A DNA stretch of 64,000 nt from assembly GCF_002854065.1 (NCBI RefSeq), contig NZ_CP024147.1; one strand, written 5' to 3'. The stretch's first letter is position 1, and every line of letters begins with the position of its first letter. Shown here one piece after another: positions 10,435 to 21,190 of the stretch. The notes beneath the pieces were generated by a model, which made no database searches, had not been told where the DNA came from, and was given only the letters and a program-made list of their open reading frames with translations. Source of the DNA: Escherichia coli (lineage in GTDB: Bacteria > Pseudomonadota > Gammaproteobacteria > Enterobacterales > Enterobacteriaceae). The position numbers and the translations under genes were made by a program.

Positions 10435-10863
10435 ATGGCAGTTTCAGCAAGAAATCAATTAACCGGAACAGTTAGCGCAGTAGCAATGGGCGCGGTGAAT
10501 GACGAAGTAGAACTGACGCTGGCAGGTGGTGCAAAACTGGTGGCGATTGTTACACACAGCAGCCAACAGGCTCTGGGGCTGGCAAAAGGGAAAGAAGCGA
10601 TTGCCCTGATTAAAGCCCCGTGGGTAACGCTGGCCACGGAAGACTGTGGACTGAAATTCTCTGCTCGCAACCAGTTTGCTGGCAGCGTGTCGACAATCAC
10701 CGAAGGCGCAGTGAACGCCACTGTCCATATCAAAACGGATGCGGGTTTTGAAATTGTGGCAGTGGTAACAAATGAAAGTCAGGATGAAATGAAACTTACC
10801 ACTGGCTCACGCGTTATTGCGTTGATCAAAGCATCAGCAATCCTGATTGCTACCAAAGCGTAA
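10435..10863 (+). CDS. Molbindin (Mop) protein with two tandem TOBE domains
   Basis: aaaggagg RBS before ATG at 10435; 142 aa with internal duplication of ~65-aa TOBE-like repeat (SARNQ..G.VS..). Confidence 0.7.
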   Translation: MAVSARNQLTGTVSAVAMGAVNDEVELTLAGGAKLVAIVTHSSQQALGLAKGKEAIALIKAPWVTLATEDCGLKFSARNQFAGSVSTITEGAVNATVHIKTDAGFEIVAVVTNESQDEMKLTTGSRVIALIKASAILIATKA

Positions 10864-10874
10864 GCGCCTTATTT

Positions 10875-10897
10875 GCCGGAGAGTATGGCTCTCCGGC
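10875..10897 (+). terminator. Hairpin followed by T-rich tract, likely terminator of molbindin gene
   Basis: gccggagag-tatgg-ctctccggc then agatttatttcttt. Confidence 0.4.
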
Positions 10898-10901
10898 AGA
10901 T

Positions 10902-11246
10902 TTATTTCTTTGGACGATATTTTTCTGGCAACTCCGGCACCGGACGCTTGTCATCGATGAGATGACGCACGGTTAAGATCGGATGACGCCACAGCATTCT
11001 CGGCCCGGCCCAACGCATAATCTGTTTCATCTCTTCACGCTTTGCAGGCTGGTAACAGTGCACCGGACACTGCTTACAGGCTGGCTTCTCTTCGCCGAAC
11101 ACACATTTATCCAGCCGCTTTTGCGCGTAAACAAACAACGCCTCGTAATGCTCCGGCTCCGCTGACGCCTGCGGGCATTTCGCTTGATAAAGATCGATCA
11201 TTTTTTTAATCGTCAGTTTTTCACGAGAGATACGCTTGCCGGACAT
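10902..11246 (-). CDS. ygbA: YgbA, nitrous-oxide-stimulated-promoter family protein
   Basis: 114-aa Cys-rich ORF, recognised YgbA sequence, convergent with molbindin gene. Confidence 0.8.
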   Translation of the reverse strand: MSGKRISREKLTIKKMIDLYQAKCPQASAEPEHYEALFVYAQKRLDKCVFGEEKPACKQCPVHCYQPAKREEMKQIMRWAGPRMLWRHPILTVRHLIDDKRPVPELPEKYRPKK

Positions 11247-11532
11247 ACTGCCTCCACCTCATTAAGATGCATTTATATTACAACTTAATCTTAAAGGGCA
11301 CTATGACTCTAAAGAAGAAGGGTTAGCCAACCGATACAATTTTGCGTACTTGCTTCATAAGCATCACGCAAAAGCTGCAAAACAGCATCTTTCCCGGAAC
11401 CAGCATCAAGAACTCGCCGTTCGCTTCTTCCCCTGAAATGATTAACTCCGGTATCATGTGCGCCTTATGTGATTACAACGAAAATAAAAACCATCACACC
11501 CCATTTAATATCAGGGAACCGGACATAACCCC

Positions 11533-14094
11533 ATGAGTGCAATAGAAAATTTCGACGCCCATACGCCCATGATGCAGCAGTATCTCAAGCTGAAAGCCCA
11601 GCATCCCGAGATCCTGCTGTTTTACCGGATGGGTGATTTTTATGAACTGTTTTATGACGACGCAAAACGCGCGTCGCAACTGCTGGATATTTCACTGACC
11701 AAACGCGGTGCTTCGGCGGGAGAGCCGATCCCGATGGCGGGGATTCCCTACCATGCGGTGGAAAACTACCTCGCCAAACTGGTGAATCAGGGCGAGTCCG
11801 TTGCCATCTGCGAACAAATTGGCGATCCGGCGACCAGCAAAGGTCCGGTTGAGCGCAAAGTTGTGCGTATCGTTACGCCAGGCACCATCAGCGATGAAGC
11901 CCTGTTGCAGGAGCGTCAGGACAACCTGCTGGCGGCTATCTGGCAGGACAGCAAAGGTTTCGGCTACGCGACGCTGGATATCAGCTCCGGGCGTTTTCGC
12001 CTGAGCGAACCGGCTGACCGGGAAACGATGGCGGCAGAACTGCAACGCACTAATCCTGCGGAATTGCTGTATGCAGAAGATTTTGCTGAAATGTCGTTAA
12101 TTGAAGGCCGTCGCGGCCTGCGCCGTCGCCCGCTGTGGGAGTTTGAAATCGACACCGCGCGCCAGCAGTTGAATCTGCAATTTGGGACCCGCGATCTGGT
12201 CGGTTTTGGCGTCGAGAACGCGCCGCGCGGACTTTGTGCTGCCGGTTGTCTGTTGCAGTATGCGAAAGATACCCAACGTACGACTCTGCCGCATATTCGT
12301 TCCATCACCATGGAACGTGAGCAGGACAGCATCATTATGGATGCCGCGACGCGTCGTAATCTGGAAATCACCCAGAACCTGGCGGGTGGTGCGGAAAATA
12401 CGCTGGCTTCTGTGCTCGACTGCACCGTCACGCCGATGGGCAGCCGTATGCTGAAACGCTGGCTGCATATGCCAGTGCGCGATACCCGCGTGTTGCTTGA
12501 GCGCCAGCAAACTATTGGCGCATTGCAGGATTTCACCGCCGAGTTACAGCCGGTACTGCGTCAGGTGGGCGATCTGGAACGTATTCTGGCGCGTCTGGCG
12601 TTGCGTACTGCTCGCCCGCGCGATCTGGCCCGTATGCGCCATGCTTTCCAGCAACTGCCGGAACTGCGCGCGCAGTTAGAAAATGTCGATAGTGCACCGG
12701 TACAGGCGCTGCGTGAGAAGATGGGCGAGTTTGCCGAACTGCGCGATCTGCTGGAGCGGGCAATCATCGACACACCACCAGTGCTGGTACGCGACGGTGG
12801 TGTTATCGCACCGGGCTATAACGAAGAGCTGGATGAGTGGCGGGCGCTGGCTGACGGCGCGACCGATTATCTGGAGCGTCTGGAAATCCGCGAGCGTGAA
12901 CGTACCGGCCTGGACACGCTGAAAGTCGGATTTAACGCGGTGCATGGTTATTACATTCAGATCAGCCGTGGACAAAGCCATCTGGCCCCCATCAACTACA
13001 TGCGTCGCCAGACGCTGAAAAATGCCGAGCGCTACATTATTCCAGAGCTAAAAGAGTACGAAGATAAAGTTCTCACCTCAAAAGGCAAAGCACTGGCACT
13101 GGAAAAACAGCTTTATGAAGAGCTGTTCGACCTGCTGTTGCCGCATCTGGAAGCGTTGCAACAGAGCGCAAGCGCGCTGGCAGAACTTGATGTGCTGGTT
13201 AACCTGGCGGAGCGGGCCTATACCCTGAACTACACCTGCCCGACTTTTATTGATAAACCGGGTATTCGCATCACCGAAGGCCGCCATCCGGTGGTTGAAC
13301 AGGTGCTGAATGAGCCGTTTATCGCCAACCCGCTGAACCTGTCGCCACAGCGTCGCATGTTGATCATTACCGGTCCGAATATGGGCGGTAAAAGTACCTA
13401 TATGCGCCAGACCGCACTGATTGCGCTGATGGCCTACATCGGCAGCTATGTACCGGCACAAAAAGTTGAGATTGGACCTATCGATCGCATCTTTACCCGC
13501 GTAGGGGCAGCGGATGATCTGGCATCCGGGCGTTCAACCTTTATGGTGGAAATGACCGAAACCGCCAATATTTTACATAACGCCACCGAATACAGTCTGG
13601 TGTTAATGGATGAGATCGGGCGTGGAACGTCCACTTACGATGGTCTGTCACTGGCATGGGCGTGCGCGGAAAATCTGGCGAATAAGATTAAGGCATTGAC
13701 GCTGTTTGCTACCCACTATTTCGAGCTGACCCAGTTACCGGAGAAAATGGAAGGCGTCGCCAACGTGCATCTCGATGCACTGGAGCACGGCGACACCATT
13801 GCCTTTATGCATAGCGTGCAGGATGGCGCGGCGAGCAAAAGCTACGGCCTGGCGGTTGCAGCTCTGGCGGGCGTGCCAAAAGAGGTGATTAAGCGCGCAC
13901 GGCAAAAACTGCGTGAGCTGGAAAGTATTTCGCCGAACGCCGCCGCTACACAAGTGGATGGTACGCAAATGTCTTTGCTGTCAGTACCGGAAGAAACCTC
14001 GCCAGCGGTCGAAGCTCTGGAAAATCTCGACCCGGATTCACTAACTCCGCGTCAGGCGCTGGAATGGATTTATCGCTTGAAGAGTCTGGTGTAA
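11533..14094 (+). CDS. mutS: DNA mismatch repair protein MutS
   Basis: 853-aa ORF starting [27 protein letters not shown] Walker A. Confidence 0.95.
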   Translation: MSAIENFDAHTPMMQQYLKLKAQHPEILLFYRMGDFYELFYDDAKRASQLLDISLTKRGASAGEPIPMAGIPYHAVENYLAKLVNQGESVAICEQIGDPATSKGPVERKVVRIVTPGTISDEALLQERQDNLLAAIWQDSKGFGYATLDISSGRFRLSEPADRETMAAELQRTNPAELLYAEDFAEMSLIEGRRGLRRRPLWEFEIDTARQQLNLQFGTRDLVGFGVENAPRGLCAAGCLLQYAKDTQRTTLPHIRSITMEREQDSIIMDAATRRNLEITQNLAGGAENTLASVLDCTVTPMGSRMLKRWLHMPVRDTRVLLERQQTIGALQDFTAELQPVLRQVGDLERILARLALRTARPRDLARMRHAFQQLPELRAQLENVDSAPVQALREKMGEFAELRDLLERAIIDTPPVLVRDGGVIAPGYNEELDEWRALADGATDYLERLEIRERERTGLDTLKVGFNAVHGYYIQISRGQSHLAPINYMRRQTLKNAERYIIPELKEYEDKVLTSKGKALALEKQLYEELFDLLLPHLEALQQSASALAELDVLVNLAERAYTLNYTCPTFIDKPGIRITEGRHPVVEQVLNEPFIANPLNLSPQRRMLIITGPNMGGKSTYMRQTALIALMAYIGSYVPAQKVEIGPIDRIFTRVGAADDLASGRSTFMVEMTETANILHNATEYSLVLMDEIGRGTSTYDGLSLAWACAENLANKIKALTLFATHYFELTQLPEKMEGVANVHLDALEHGDTIAFMHSVQDGAASKSYGLAVAALAGVPKEVIKRARQKLRELESISPNAAATQVDGTQMSLLSVPEETSPAVEALENLDPDSLTPRQALEWIYRLKSLV

Positions 14095-14199
14095 TAACAA
14101 TTCCCGATAGAAAAATACTATCGGGAATATTATCTACAGCTGACGAATCAAATAAAAATACCCTGTATAATAGGAAAGTTTATTTTACAGGGTAAAACC

Positions 14200-14856
14200 A
14201 TGCCATCTACACGCTATCAAAAAATCAATGCCCATCACTATCGCCATATATGGGTCGTTGGTGATATTCATGGTGAATATCAGTTATTACAATCCCGCTT
14301 ACATCAACTCTCTTTTTTCCCCGAAACCGACTTACTTATTTCTGTCGGCGATAATATTGATCGTGGGCCGGAGAGTCTTGACGTCCTGCGCCTGCTAAAC
14401 CAGCCCTGGTTTATCTCCGTTAAAGGCAACCACGAAGCAATGGCGCTGGATGCGTTCGCGACCGGCGATGGCAATATGTGGCTTGCCAGCGGTGGTGACT
14501 GGTTCTTTGAGTTAAATGATATGGAACAAAAAGAAGCTATAGGTCTATTGCTGAAATTTCATCAACTTCCACATATTATTGAAATTACCAACGACATTAT
14601 AAAATATGTCATCGCACATGCGGATTATCCGGGCAATGAATATCTCTTTGGCGGACAAATAGCGGAGAGCGAATTACTTTGGCCTGTTGATCGTGTGCAG
14701 AAATCTCTTAATGGCGAGTTACAACAAATAAACGGCGCTGATTATTTTATATTTGGACATATGATGCTTGATAACATTCAGACGTTCGCTAACCAGATTT
14801 ATATTGATACCGGATCGCCGAAAAGCGGGCGGCTGTCATTTTATAAAATAAAGTAG
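14200..14856 (+). CDS. pphB: Serine/threonine protein phosphatase 2
   Basis: 218-aa ORF with GDIHG and GDNIDRG metallophosphatase motifs. Confidence 0.85.
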   Translation: MPSTRYQKINAHHYRHIWVVGDIHGEYQLLQSRLHQLSFFPETDLLISVGDNIDRGPESLDVLRLLNQPWFISVKGNHEAMALDAFATGDGNMWLASGGDWFFELNDMEQKEAIGLLLKFHQLPHIIEITNDIIKYVIAHADYPGNEYLFGGQIAESELLWPVDRVQKSLNGELQQINGADYFIFGHMMLDNIQTFANQIYIDTGSPKSGRLSFYKIK

Positions 14857-14906
14857 TCTCATGCTTCTTCTGTGAAGCATGAGTAACCCGGTGTTATTGC
14901 AGGCCA

Positions 14907-15704
14907 TTATTCATTTTTCGCTACCAGCAAAGAGAGATCCTGCTTCGCCAGCGCGCGACTGGCACTCTCCGGCAAACCGTCGTCTGTAATAATCTGATCA
15001 AACTCGCTTAATGGTAACGCCAGCCATGTCGCCACCTGACCATATTTCGTCGCATCACAGACCAAAACTCGCTGGCGGCTGGCACTGGCAATCGCCCGTT
15101 TCACCGTGACTTTATCTTCCGCTGGCGTAGAAATCCCCCGCAAACTCCATGACGATGCAGAAATAAAAGCCTGATCAATCATCAGGCTGCGCAGCATGGT
15201 CGCAGCGGCTTCCCCGACACAGGAACGGTTTTCCCGACACACTGCACCGCCAGTGTGAATAATTGTGCAATTACTGTTGTCGAGCAAGTAGTCCGCAATA
15301 ACGAAATCGTTTGTGACCACAGTCAGTGACTCCATGTGAATCAGATGCTGTGCTATCGCTAACGTGGTCGTTCCCGCATCCAGATAGATACAACTTCCCG
15401 GCTGAACAAGACTTGCCGCCAGCTTGCCAATAGCCGCTTTTTGCGTCATTGCCAGCGCAGTTTTTACCTGATGAGAAGGTTCATGCGCCACGCGTCCCGG
15501 AGACTGGACGCCTCCGGATACCAGCACAACGGCTCCCTGCTGCTCCAGTTTTTGTAAATCCCGACGAATGGTCATATGTGACACATTCATTCTGTCCGTT
15601 AGTTCAGCAATACTGACAATGCCTTTTTCAGCTACCATCTCAAGGATGATTTGGCGACGCTCTACGGGTATCAACTTTTGCTCCTTCCTTTGTCCTGCTG
15701 ACAT
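14907..15704 (-). CDS. ygbI: DeoR-family transcriptional regulator YgbI
   Basis: 265-aa ORF, N-terminal HTH and DeoR C-terminal sugar-binding fold; exact start uncertain. Confidence 0.8.
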   Translation of the reverse strand: MSAGQRKEQKLIPVERRQIILEMVAEKGIVSIAELTDRMNVSHMTIRRDLQKLEQQGAVVLVSGGVQSPGRVAHEPSHQVKTALAMTQKAAIGKLAASLVQPGSCIYLDAGTTTLAIAQHLIHMESLTVVTNDFVIADYLLDNSNCTIIHTGGAVCRENRSCVGEAAATMLRSLMIDQAFISASSWSLRGISTPAEDKVTVKRAIASASRQRVLVCDATKYGQVATWLALPLSEFDQIITDDGLPESASRALAKQDLSLLVAKNE

Positions 15705-15869
15705 TCTACGCTATTTGCCTGCGAAACGTGCGCGGCGCAACTAACGCTTAGTTCACATAAAATAACACACAATGTTAATTTTTGTGAATCAGCTCACCAT
15801 ATCGTTATCTTCCAGCGCTTATATTCACAATATCAAACAAAATATCACTTAAATTAACAATGAGAGCAG

Positions 15870-16777
15870 ATGAAAACGGGATCTAGTTTCATGTCGGTAT
15901 CGTTGGCTTAGGGTCAATGGGAATGGGAGCAGCACTGTCATGTGTCCGCGCAGGTCTTTCTACCTGGGGCGCAGACCTGAACAGCAATGCCTGCGCTACG
16001 TTGAAAGAGGCAGGTGCTTGCGGGGTTTCTGATAACGCCGCGACGTTTGCCGAAAAACTGGACGCTCTGCTGGTGCTGGTGGTCAATGCGGCCCAGGTTA
16101 AACAGGTGCTGTTTGGTGAAACAGGCGTTGCACAACATCTGAAACCCGGTACGGCAGTAATGGTTTCTTCCACTATCGCTAGTGCTGATGCGCAAGAAAT
16201 TGCTACCGCTCTGGCTGGATTCGATCTGGAAATGCTGGATGCGCCAGTTTCTGGTGGTGCAGTAAAAGCCGCTAACGGTGAAATGACTGTCATGGCCTCC
16301 GGTAGCGATATTGCCTTTGAACGACTGGCACCCGTGCTGGAAGCCGTTGCCGGAAAAGTTTATCGCATAGGTGCAGAACCGGGACTAGGTTCGACCGTAA
16401 AAATTATTCACCAGTTGTTAGCGGGCGTACATATTGCTGCCGGAGCCGAAGCGATGGCACTTGCAGCCCGTGCGGGGATCCCGCTGGATGTGATGTATGA
16501 CGTCGTGACCAATGCCGCCGGAAATTCCTGGATGTTCGAAAACCGGATGCGTCATGTGGTGGATGGCGATTACACCCCGCATTCAGCCGTCGATATTTTT
16601 GTTAAGGATCTTGGTCTGGTTGCCGATACAGCCAAAGCCCTGCACTTCCCGCTGCCATTGGCCTCAACAGCATTGAATATGTTCACCAGCGCCAGTAACG
16701 CGGGTTACGGGAAAGAAGACGATAGCGCAGTTATCAAGATTTTCTCTGGCATCACTCTACCGGGAGCGAAATCATGA
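15870..16777 (+). pseudogene. ygbJ: L-threonate dehydrogenase-like gene with a frameshift at codon 6
   Basis: ATG at 15870 reads MKTGS then hits TAG at 15909; FHVGIVGLGSMG Rossmann motif continues in another frame directly after a TAG. Confidence 0.6.
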
Positions 16778-18036
16778 TCAAGATTGGCGTTATCGCCGAT
16801 GATTTTACCGGCGCGACGGATATCGCCAGTTTTCTGGTGGAAAACGGTCTACCAACGGTACAAATTAACGGTGTTCCAACAGGTAAAATGCCGGAAGCAA
16901 TCGACGCACTGGTGATCAGCCTGAAAACGCGTTCCTGTCCGGTGGTTGAAGCCACACAGCAATCGCTGGCGGCTCTGAGCTGGTTGCAACAGCAAGGTTG
17001 CAAACAGATCTATTTCAAATACTGCTCTACTTTCGACAGTACGGCTAAAGGTAATATCGGCCCGGTTACCGATGCATTAATGGATGCTCTCGACACGCCG
17101 TTTACGGTCTTCTCTCCGGCCCTGCCGGTCAACGGACGTACGGTTTATCAGGGGTATTTGTTCGTAATGAATCAACTGCTGGCCGAATCCGGGATGCGCC
17201 ATCACCCGGTAAATCCCATGACCGACAGCTATCTTCCCCGTCTGGTTGAAGCGCAATCCACAGGGCGCTGCGGCGTCGTTTCGGCACATGTTTTCGAACA
17301 AGGTGTGGATGCCGTTCGTCAAGAGCTGGCTCGCTTACAGCAAGAGGGCTACCGCTACGCGGTGCTTGATGCGCTGACCGAACACCATCTGGAAATTCAG
17401 GGAGAAGCCTTGCGCGATGCCCCACTGGTAACGGGCGGTTCTGGTCTGGCGATTGGCCTGGCCCGGCAGTGGGCGCAAGAAAACGGTAACCAGGCTCGCA
17501 AAGCAGGGCATCCGCTCGCTGGGCGCGGCGTAGTGCTCTCCGGTTCATGCTCTCAAATGACCAACCGCCAGGTGGCACATTACCGTCAAATTGCACCAGC
17601 CCGTGAAGTTGATGTGGCACGCTGCCTCTCAATTGAAACTCTGGCCGCTTATGCACACGAACTGGCAGAGTGGGTTCTGGGCCAGGAAAGTGTACTTGCT
17701 CCACTGGTTTTTGCCACCGCCAGCACTGACGCATTGGCAGCAATTCAACAGCAATACGGTGCACAAAAAGCCAGTCAGGCAGTAGAAACACTGTTTTCTC
17801 AACTAGCGGCGCGGTTAGCAGCGGAAGGCGTGACACGCTTTATTGTCGCAGGCGGTGAGACCTCCGGCGTAGTCACACAGAGCCTGGGAATAAAAGGGTT
17901 TCATATTGGCCCAACCATTTCCCCCGGCGTGCCGTGGGTAAACGCACTGGATAAGCCTGTCTCACTCGCCCTTAAATCTGGCAACTTCGGTGATGAAGCC
18001 TTTTTTTCACGAGCCCAAAGAGAGTTTTTATCATGA
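16774..18036 (+). CDS. ygbK: 3-oxo-tetronate kinase (DUF1537 family)
   Basis: 420-aa ORF starting MIKIGVIADDFTGATD; overlaps ygbJ stop and ygbL start. Confidence 0.8.
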   Translation: MIKIGVIADDFTGATDIASFLVENGLPTVQINGVPTGKMPEAIDALVISLKTRSCPVVEATQQSLAALSWLQQQGCKQIYFKYCSTFDSTAKGNIGPVTDALMDALDTPFTVFSPALPVNGRTVYQGYLFVMNQLLAESGMRHHPVNPMTDSYLPRLVEAQSTGRCGVVSAHVFEQGVDAVRQELARLQQEGYRYAVLDALTEHHLEIQGEALRDAPLVTGGSGLAIGLARQWAQENGNQARKAGHPLAGRGVVLSGSCSQMTNRQVAHYRQIAPAREVDVARCLSIETLAAYAHELAEWVLGQESVLAPLVFATASTDALAAIQQQYGAQKASQAVETLFSQLAARLAAEGVTRFIVAGGETSGVVTQSLGIKGFHIGPTISPGVPWVNALDKPVSLALKSGNFGDEAFFSRAQREFLS

Positions 18037-18671
18037 GCGATTTCGCAAAAGTAGAGCAGTCTTTGCGAGAGGAGATGACGCGGATTGCCAGTTCATTCTT
18101 TCAGCGCGGCTATGCAACCGGTTCGGCTGGCAATCTGTCGCTGCTTTTACCTGACGGGAATTTACTGGCGACACCGACAGGTTCATGCCTGGGCAATCTC
18201 GAGCCGCAGCGGCTTTCCAAAGTCGCCGCGGATGGCGAATGGTTAAGTGGTGACAAACCCTCGAAAGAGGTGCTCTTTCATCTGGCGCTGTATCGCAACA
18301 ATCCGCGCTGTAAAGCGGTGGTGCATTTGCACAGCACATGGTCGACGGCGCTTTCCTGCCTGCAAGGGCTGGACAGCAGCAACGTTATTCGTCCGTTCAC
18401 ACCATACGTGGTGATGCGGATGGGAAATGTCCCGCTGGTGCCTTATTACCGACCGGGCGATAAACGCATCGCACAGGATCTGGCGGAACTGGCAGCAGAC
18501 AATCAGGCTTTTTTACTGGCAAATCATGGCCCAGTGGTTTGCGGTGAAAGCCTGCAAGAAGCCGCCAACAATATGGAAGAGCTGGAGGAAACGGCAAAGC
18601 TGATTTTTATTCTCGGTGACCGCCCGATCCGTTATCTGACCGCAGGTGAAATTGCGGAATTAAGGAATTAA
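18033..18671 (+). CDS. ygbL: Class II aldolase/adducin-family decarboxylase
   Basis: 212-aa ORF, aldolase-II fold signature, operon context. Confidence 0.8.
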   Translation: MSDFAKVEQSLREEMTRIASSFFQRGYATGSAGNLSLLLPDGNLLATPTGSCLGNLEPQRLSKVAADGEWLSGDKPSKEVLFHLALYRNNPRCKAVVHLHSTWSTALSCLQGLDSSNVIRPFTPYVVMRMGNVPLVPYYRPGDKRIAQDLAELAADNQAFLLANHGPVVCGESLQEAANNMEELEETAKLIFILGDRPIRYLTAGEIAELRN

Positions 18672-18675
18672 TGCA

Positions 18676-19452
18676 ATGCCTCGTTTTGCAGCTAATTTAT
18701 CCATGATGTTCACCGAAGTGCCTTTTATTGAACGCTTCGCCGCAGCGCGAAAAGCCGGGTTCGATGCTGTGGAATTTCTGTTTCCCTATAACTACTCCAC
18801 CCTGCAAATCCAAAAGCAACTGGAGCAAAACCATCTGACACTGGCGCTGTTCAATACCGCTCCCGGAGATATTAATGCGGGGGAATGGGGATTATCCGCC
18901 CTTCCCGGACGTGAGCACGAAGCACACGCAGACATCGACCTGGCACTGGAATATGCATTGGCGCTCAATTGTGAACAAGTCCATGTAATGGCAGGCGTCG
19001 TGCCCGCTGCCGAAGATGCTGAACGGTACCGGGCAGTATTTATCGATAATCTCCGCTACGCTGCCGACCGCTTTGCGCCACACGGCAAGCGAATATTAGT
19101 TGAAGCACTCAGCCCCGGCATTAAGCCTCATTATCTCTTCTCCAGCCAGTATCAGGCACTGGCTATTGTTGAAGAAGTTGCGCGAGATAACGTGTTTATT
19201 CAACTAGATACTTTTCATGCGCAAAAAGTAGATGGCAACCTGACGCATTTAATCCGCGACTACGCCGGGAAATATGCGCACGTACAAATTGCCGGACTAC
19301 CTGATCGACATGAACCGGACGATGGAGAAATCAACTATCCGTGGCTGTTCCGCCTGTTCGATGAGGTGGGATATCAGGGCTGGATCGGTTGTGAATATAA
19401 ACCTCGTGGCCTCACCGAAGAAGGACTTGGCTGGTTTGACGCCTGGCGCTAA
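18676..19452 (+). CDS. ygbM: Hydroxypyruvate-isomerase-like TIM-barrel isomerase
   Basis: 258-aa ORF, xylose-isomerase-like TIM barrel. Confidence 0.8.
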   Translation: MPRFAANLSMMFTEVPFIERFAAARKAGFDAVEFLFPYNYSTLQIQKQLEQNHLTLALFNTAPGDINAGEWGLSALPGREHEAHADIDLALEYALALNCEQVHVMAGVVPAAEDAERYRAVFIDNLRYAADRFAPHGKRILVEALSPGIKPHYLFSSQYQALAIVEEVARDNVFIQLDTFHAQKVDGNLTHLIRDYAGKYAHVQIAGLPDRHEPDDGEINYPWLFRLFDEVGYQGWIGCEYKPRGLTEEGLGWFDAWR

Positions 19453-19540
19453 TTCGTTAAATCCCTAATTACAACGTACCCATACATCCCCCCATCTACG
19501 GATGGGGTAGGTTAACTATAACTTTCAGACAGGGTTTCCC

Positions 19541-20836
19541 ATGTCCACAATTACATTGTTATGCATTGCGTTAACTGGCGTAATCATGCTGTTGCTGCTG
19601 GTCATCAAGGCAAAGGTACAACCATTCGTTGCTCTGCTCCTCGTCAGCCTGTTAGTCGCACTTGCGGCGGGTATACCGGCGGGCGAAGTGGGTAAAGTGA
19701 TGATCGCCGGGATGGGCGGTGTGCTTGGTTCCGTCACTATTATTATTGGTCTGGGCGCTATGCTGGGGCGTATGATCGAACACTCTGGTGGTGCAGAGTC
19801 ACTGGCTAATTATTTCAGTCGCAAGTTAGGTGACAAACGAACTATCGCTGCGCTGACTCTGGCAGCGTTCTTCCTCGGTATTCCCGTCTTCTTTGATGTC
19901 GGCTTTATTATTCTTGCGCCAATCATTTACGGTTTTGCCAAGGTTGCCAAAATATCGCCACTCAAATTTGGCCTGCCTGTCGCTGGGATCATGCTAACTG
20001 TACATGTGGCGGTACCGCCGCATCCAGGCCCTGTCGCCGCAGCAGGGTTACTCCACGCAGACATCGGCTGGCTAACCATCATCGGTATTGCGATTTCTAT
20101 TCCCGTAGGGATTGTTGGCTACTTTGCAGCGAAAATAATCAATAAGCGCCAATATGCGATGTCGGTGGAAGTACTGGAACAGATGCAACTGGCTCCGGCC
20201 AGTGAGGAAGGCGCGACAAAATTAAGCGATAAAATAAATCCACCGGGCGTCGCGCTGGTCACCTCGCTAATTGTTATTCCTATCGCGATTATCATGGCGG
20301 GTACGGTTTCCGCAACACTGATGCCGCCTTCGCATCCCCTGCTTGGTACGCTACAGCTGATCGGCTCACCAATGGTAGCTCTAATGATTGCGCTGGTGCT
20401 GGCATTCTGGTTATTGGCTTTACGTCGCGGCTGGAGCTTACAACACACCAGCGACATTATGGGCTCAGCGCTTCCTACTGCGGCGGTAGTGATTTTGGTT
20501 ACTGGTGCTGGAGGGGTATTTGGCAAAGTGCTGGTGGAATCGGGCGTCGGCAAAGCCCTTGCCAACATGTTACAAATGATTGACCTGCCTCTGTTACCAG
20601 CCGCATTTATTATTTCACTGGCGCTGCGTGCATCGCAGGGGTCAGCAACCGTAGCAATACTGACAACCGGCGGGTTACTCTCAGAAGCGGTGATGGGATT
20701 GAATCCGATTCAGTGCGTATTGGTGACGCTGGCAGCCTGCTTTGGTGGGCTTGGTGCGTCACATATTAATGACTCAGGGTTCTGGATTGTGACCAAATAT
20801 CTGGGATTGTCGGTAGCAGACGGTCTGAAAACCTAG
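19541..20836 (+). CDS. ygbN: GntP-family permease, truncated by premature amber codon
   Basis: 431-aa ORF ends at TAG 20834-20836; same frame continues 22 hydrophobic codons (TVLTTILGFTGFLITWCVWAVI) to TGA at 20903-20905. Confidence 0.8.
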   Translation: MSTITLLCIALTGVIMLLLLVIKAKVQPFVALLLVSLLVALAAGIPAGEVGKVMIAGMGGVLGSVTIIIGLGAMLGRMIEHSGGAESLANYFSRKLGDKRTIAALTLAAFFLGIPVFFDVGFIILAPIIYGFAKVAKISPLKFGLPVAGIMLTVHVAVPPHPGPVAAAGLLHADIGWLTIIGIAISIPVGIVGYFAAKIINKRQYAMSVEVLEQMQLAPASEEGATKLSDKINPPGVALVTSLIVIPIAIIMAGTVSATLMPPSHPLLGTLQLIGSPMVALMIALVLAFWLLALRRGWSLQHTSDIMGSALPTAAVVILVTGAGGVFGKVLVESGVGKALANMLQMIDLPLLPAAFIISLALRASQGSATVAILTTGGLLSEAVMGLNPIQCVLVTLAACFGGLGASHINDSGFWIVTKYLGLSVADGLKT

Positions 20837-20913
20837 ACAGTGTTAACGACCATTCTCGGTTTTACCGGATTCTTAATTACCTGGTGCGTATGGGCGGTAA
20901 TTTGACCTTAATA

Positions 20914-20946
20914 AAAAGGTCCGATGAGCATCGGACCTTTTATTTA
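20914..20946. terminator. Bidirectional intrinsic terminator between ygbN and ecdD
   Basis: Perfect hairpin aaaaggtccgatg-agc-atcggacctttt flanked by A-run and T-run. Confidence 0.45.
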
Positions 20947-21180
20947 GCGCTTATCTGCCGCCAGCAGCGGCGGAATGCTCGGCACCATTGGCGCGTCATC
21001 AATATCTTTCTGCGTCATGCGGAACTCTTCGGGATAATGTTCGCGGCTGGTACGGCGCAGCGGTTCGGTATCGCGCCAGGTATAAAGGCAATGCTGGCAC
21101 TGATATACCGTCCAGACATCTTTCACCGGCGATTTCGCCATCACTTCAATCTGTTCATCGGCACAACGTGGACAAATCAT
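20944..21180 (-). CDS. ecdD: Phenolic acid decarboxylase small subunit D
   Basis: 78-aa ORF with CPRC...CQHC zinc-ribbon motifs, downstream of UbiD-like gene. Confidence 0.8.
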   Translation of the reverse strand: MICPRCADEQIEVMAKSPVKDVWTVYQCQHCLYTWRDTEPLRRTSREHYPEEFRMTQKDIDDAPMVPSIPPLLAADKR

Positions 21181-21190
21181 CTTCTTCTCC

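Noticed and set aside
14200-14856. pphB orientation relative to mutS possibly differing from K-12
   Set aside because: I cannot recall the K-12 strand with confidence, so an inversion is not supported.
16774-18036. ygbK being longer (420 aa) than the length I vaguely recall for K-12
   Set aside because: My recollection of the K-12 length is not reliable and both ends of the ORF look native, so I make no claim of fusion or extension.
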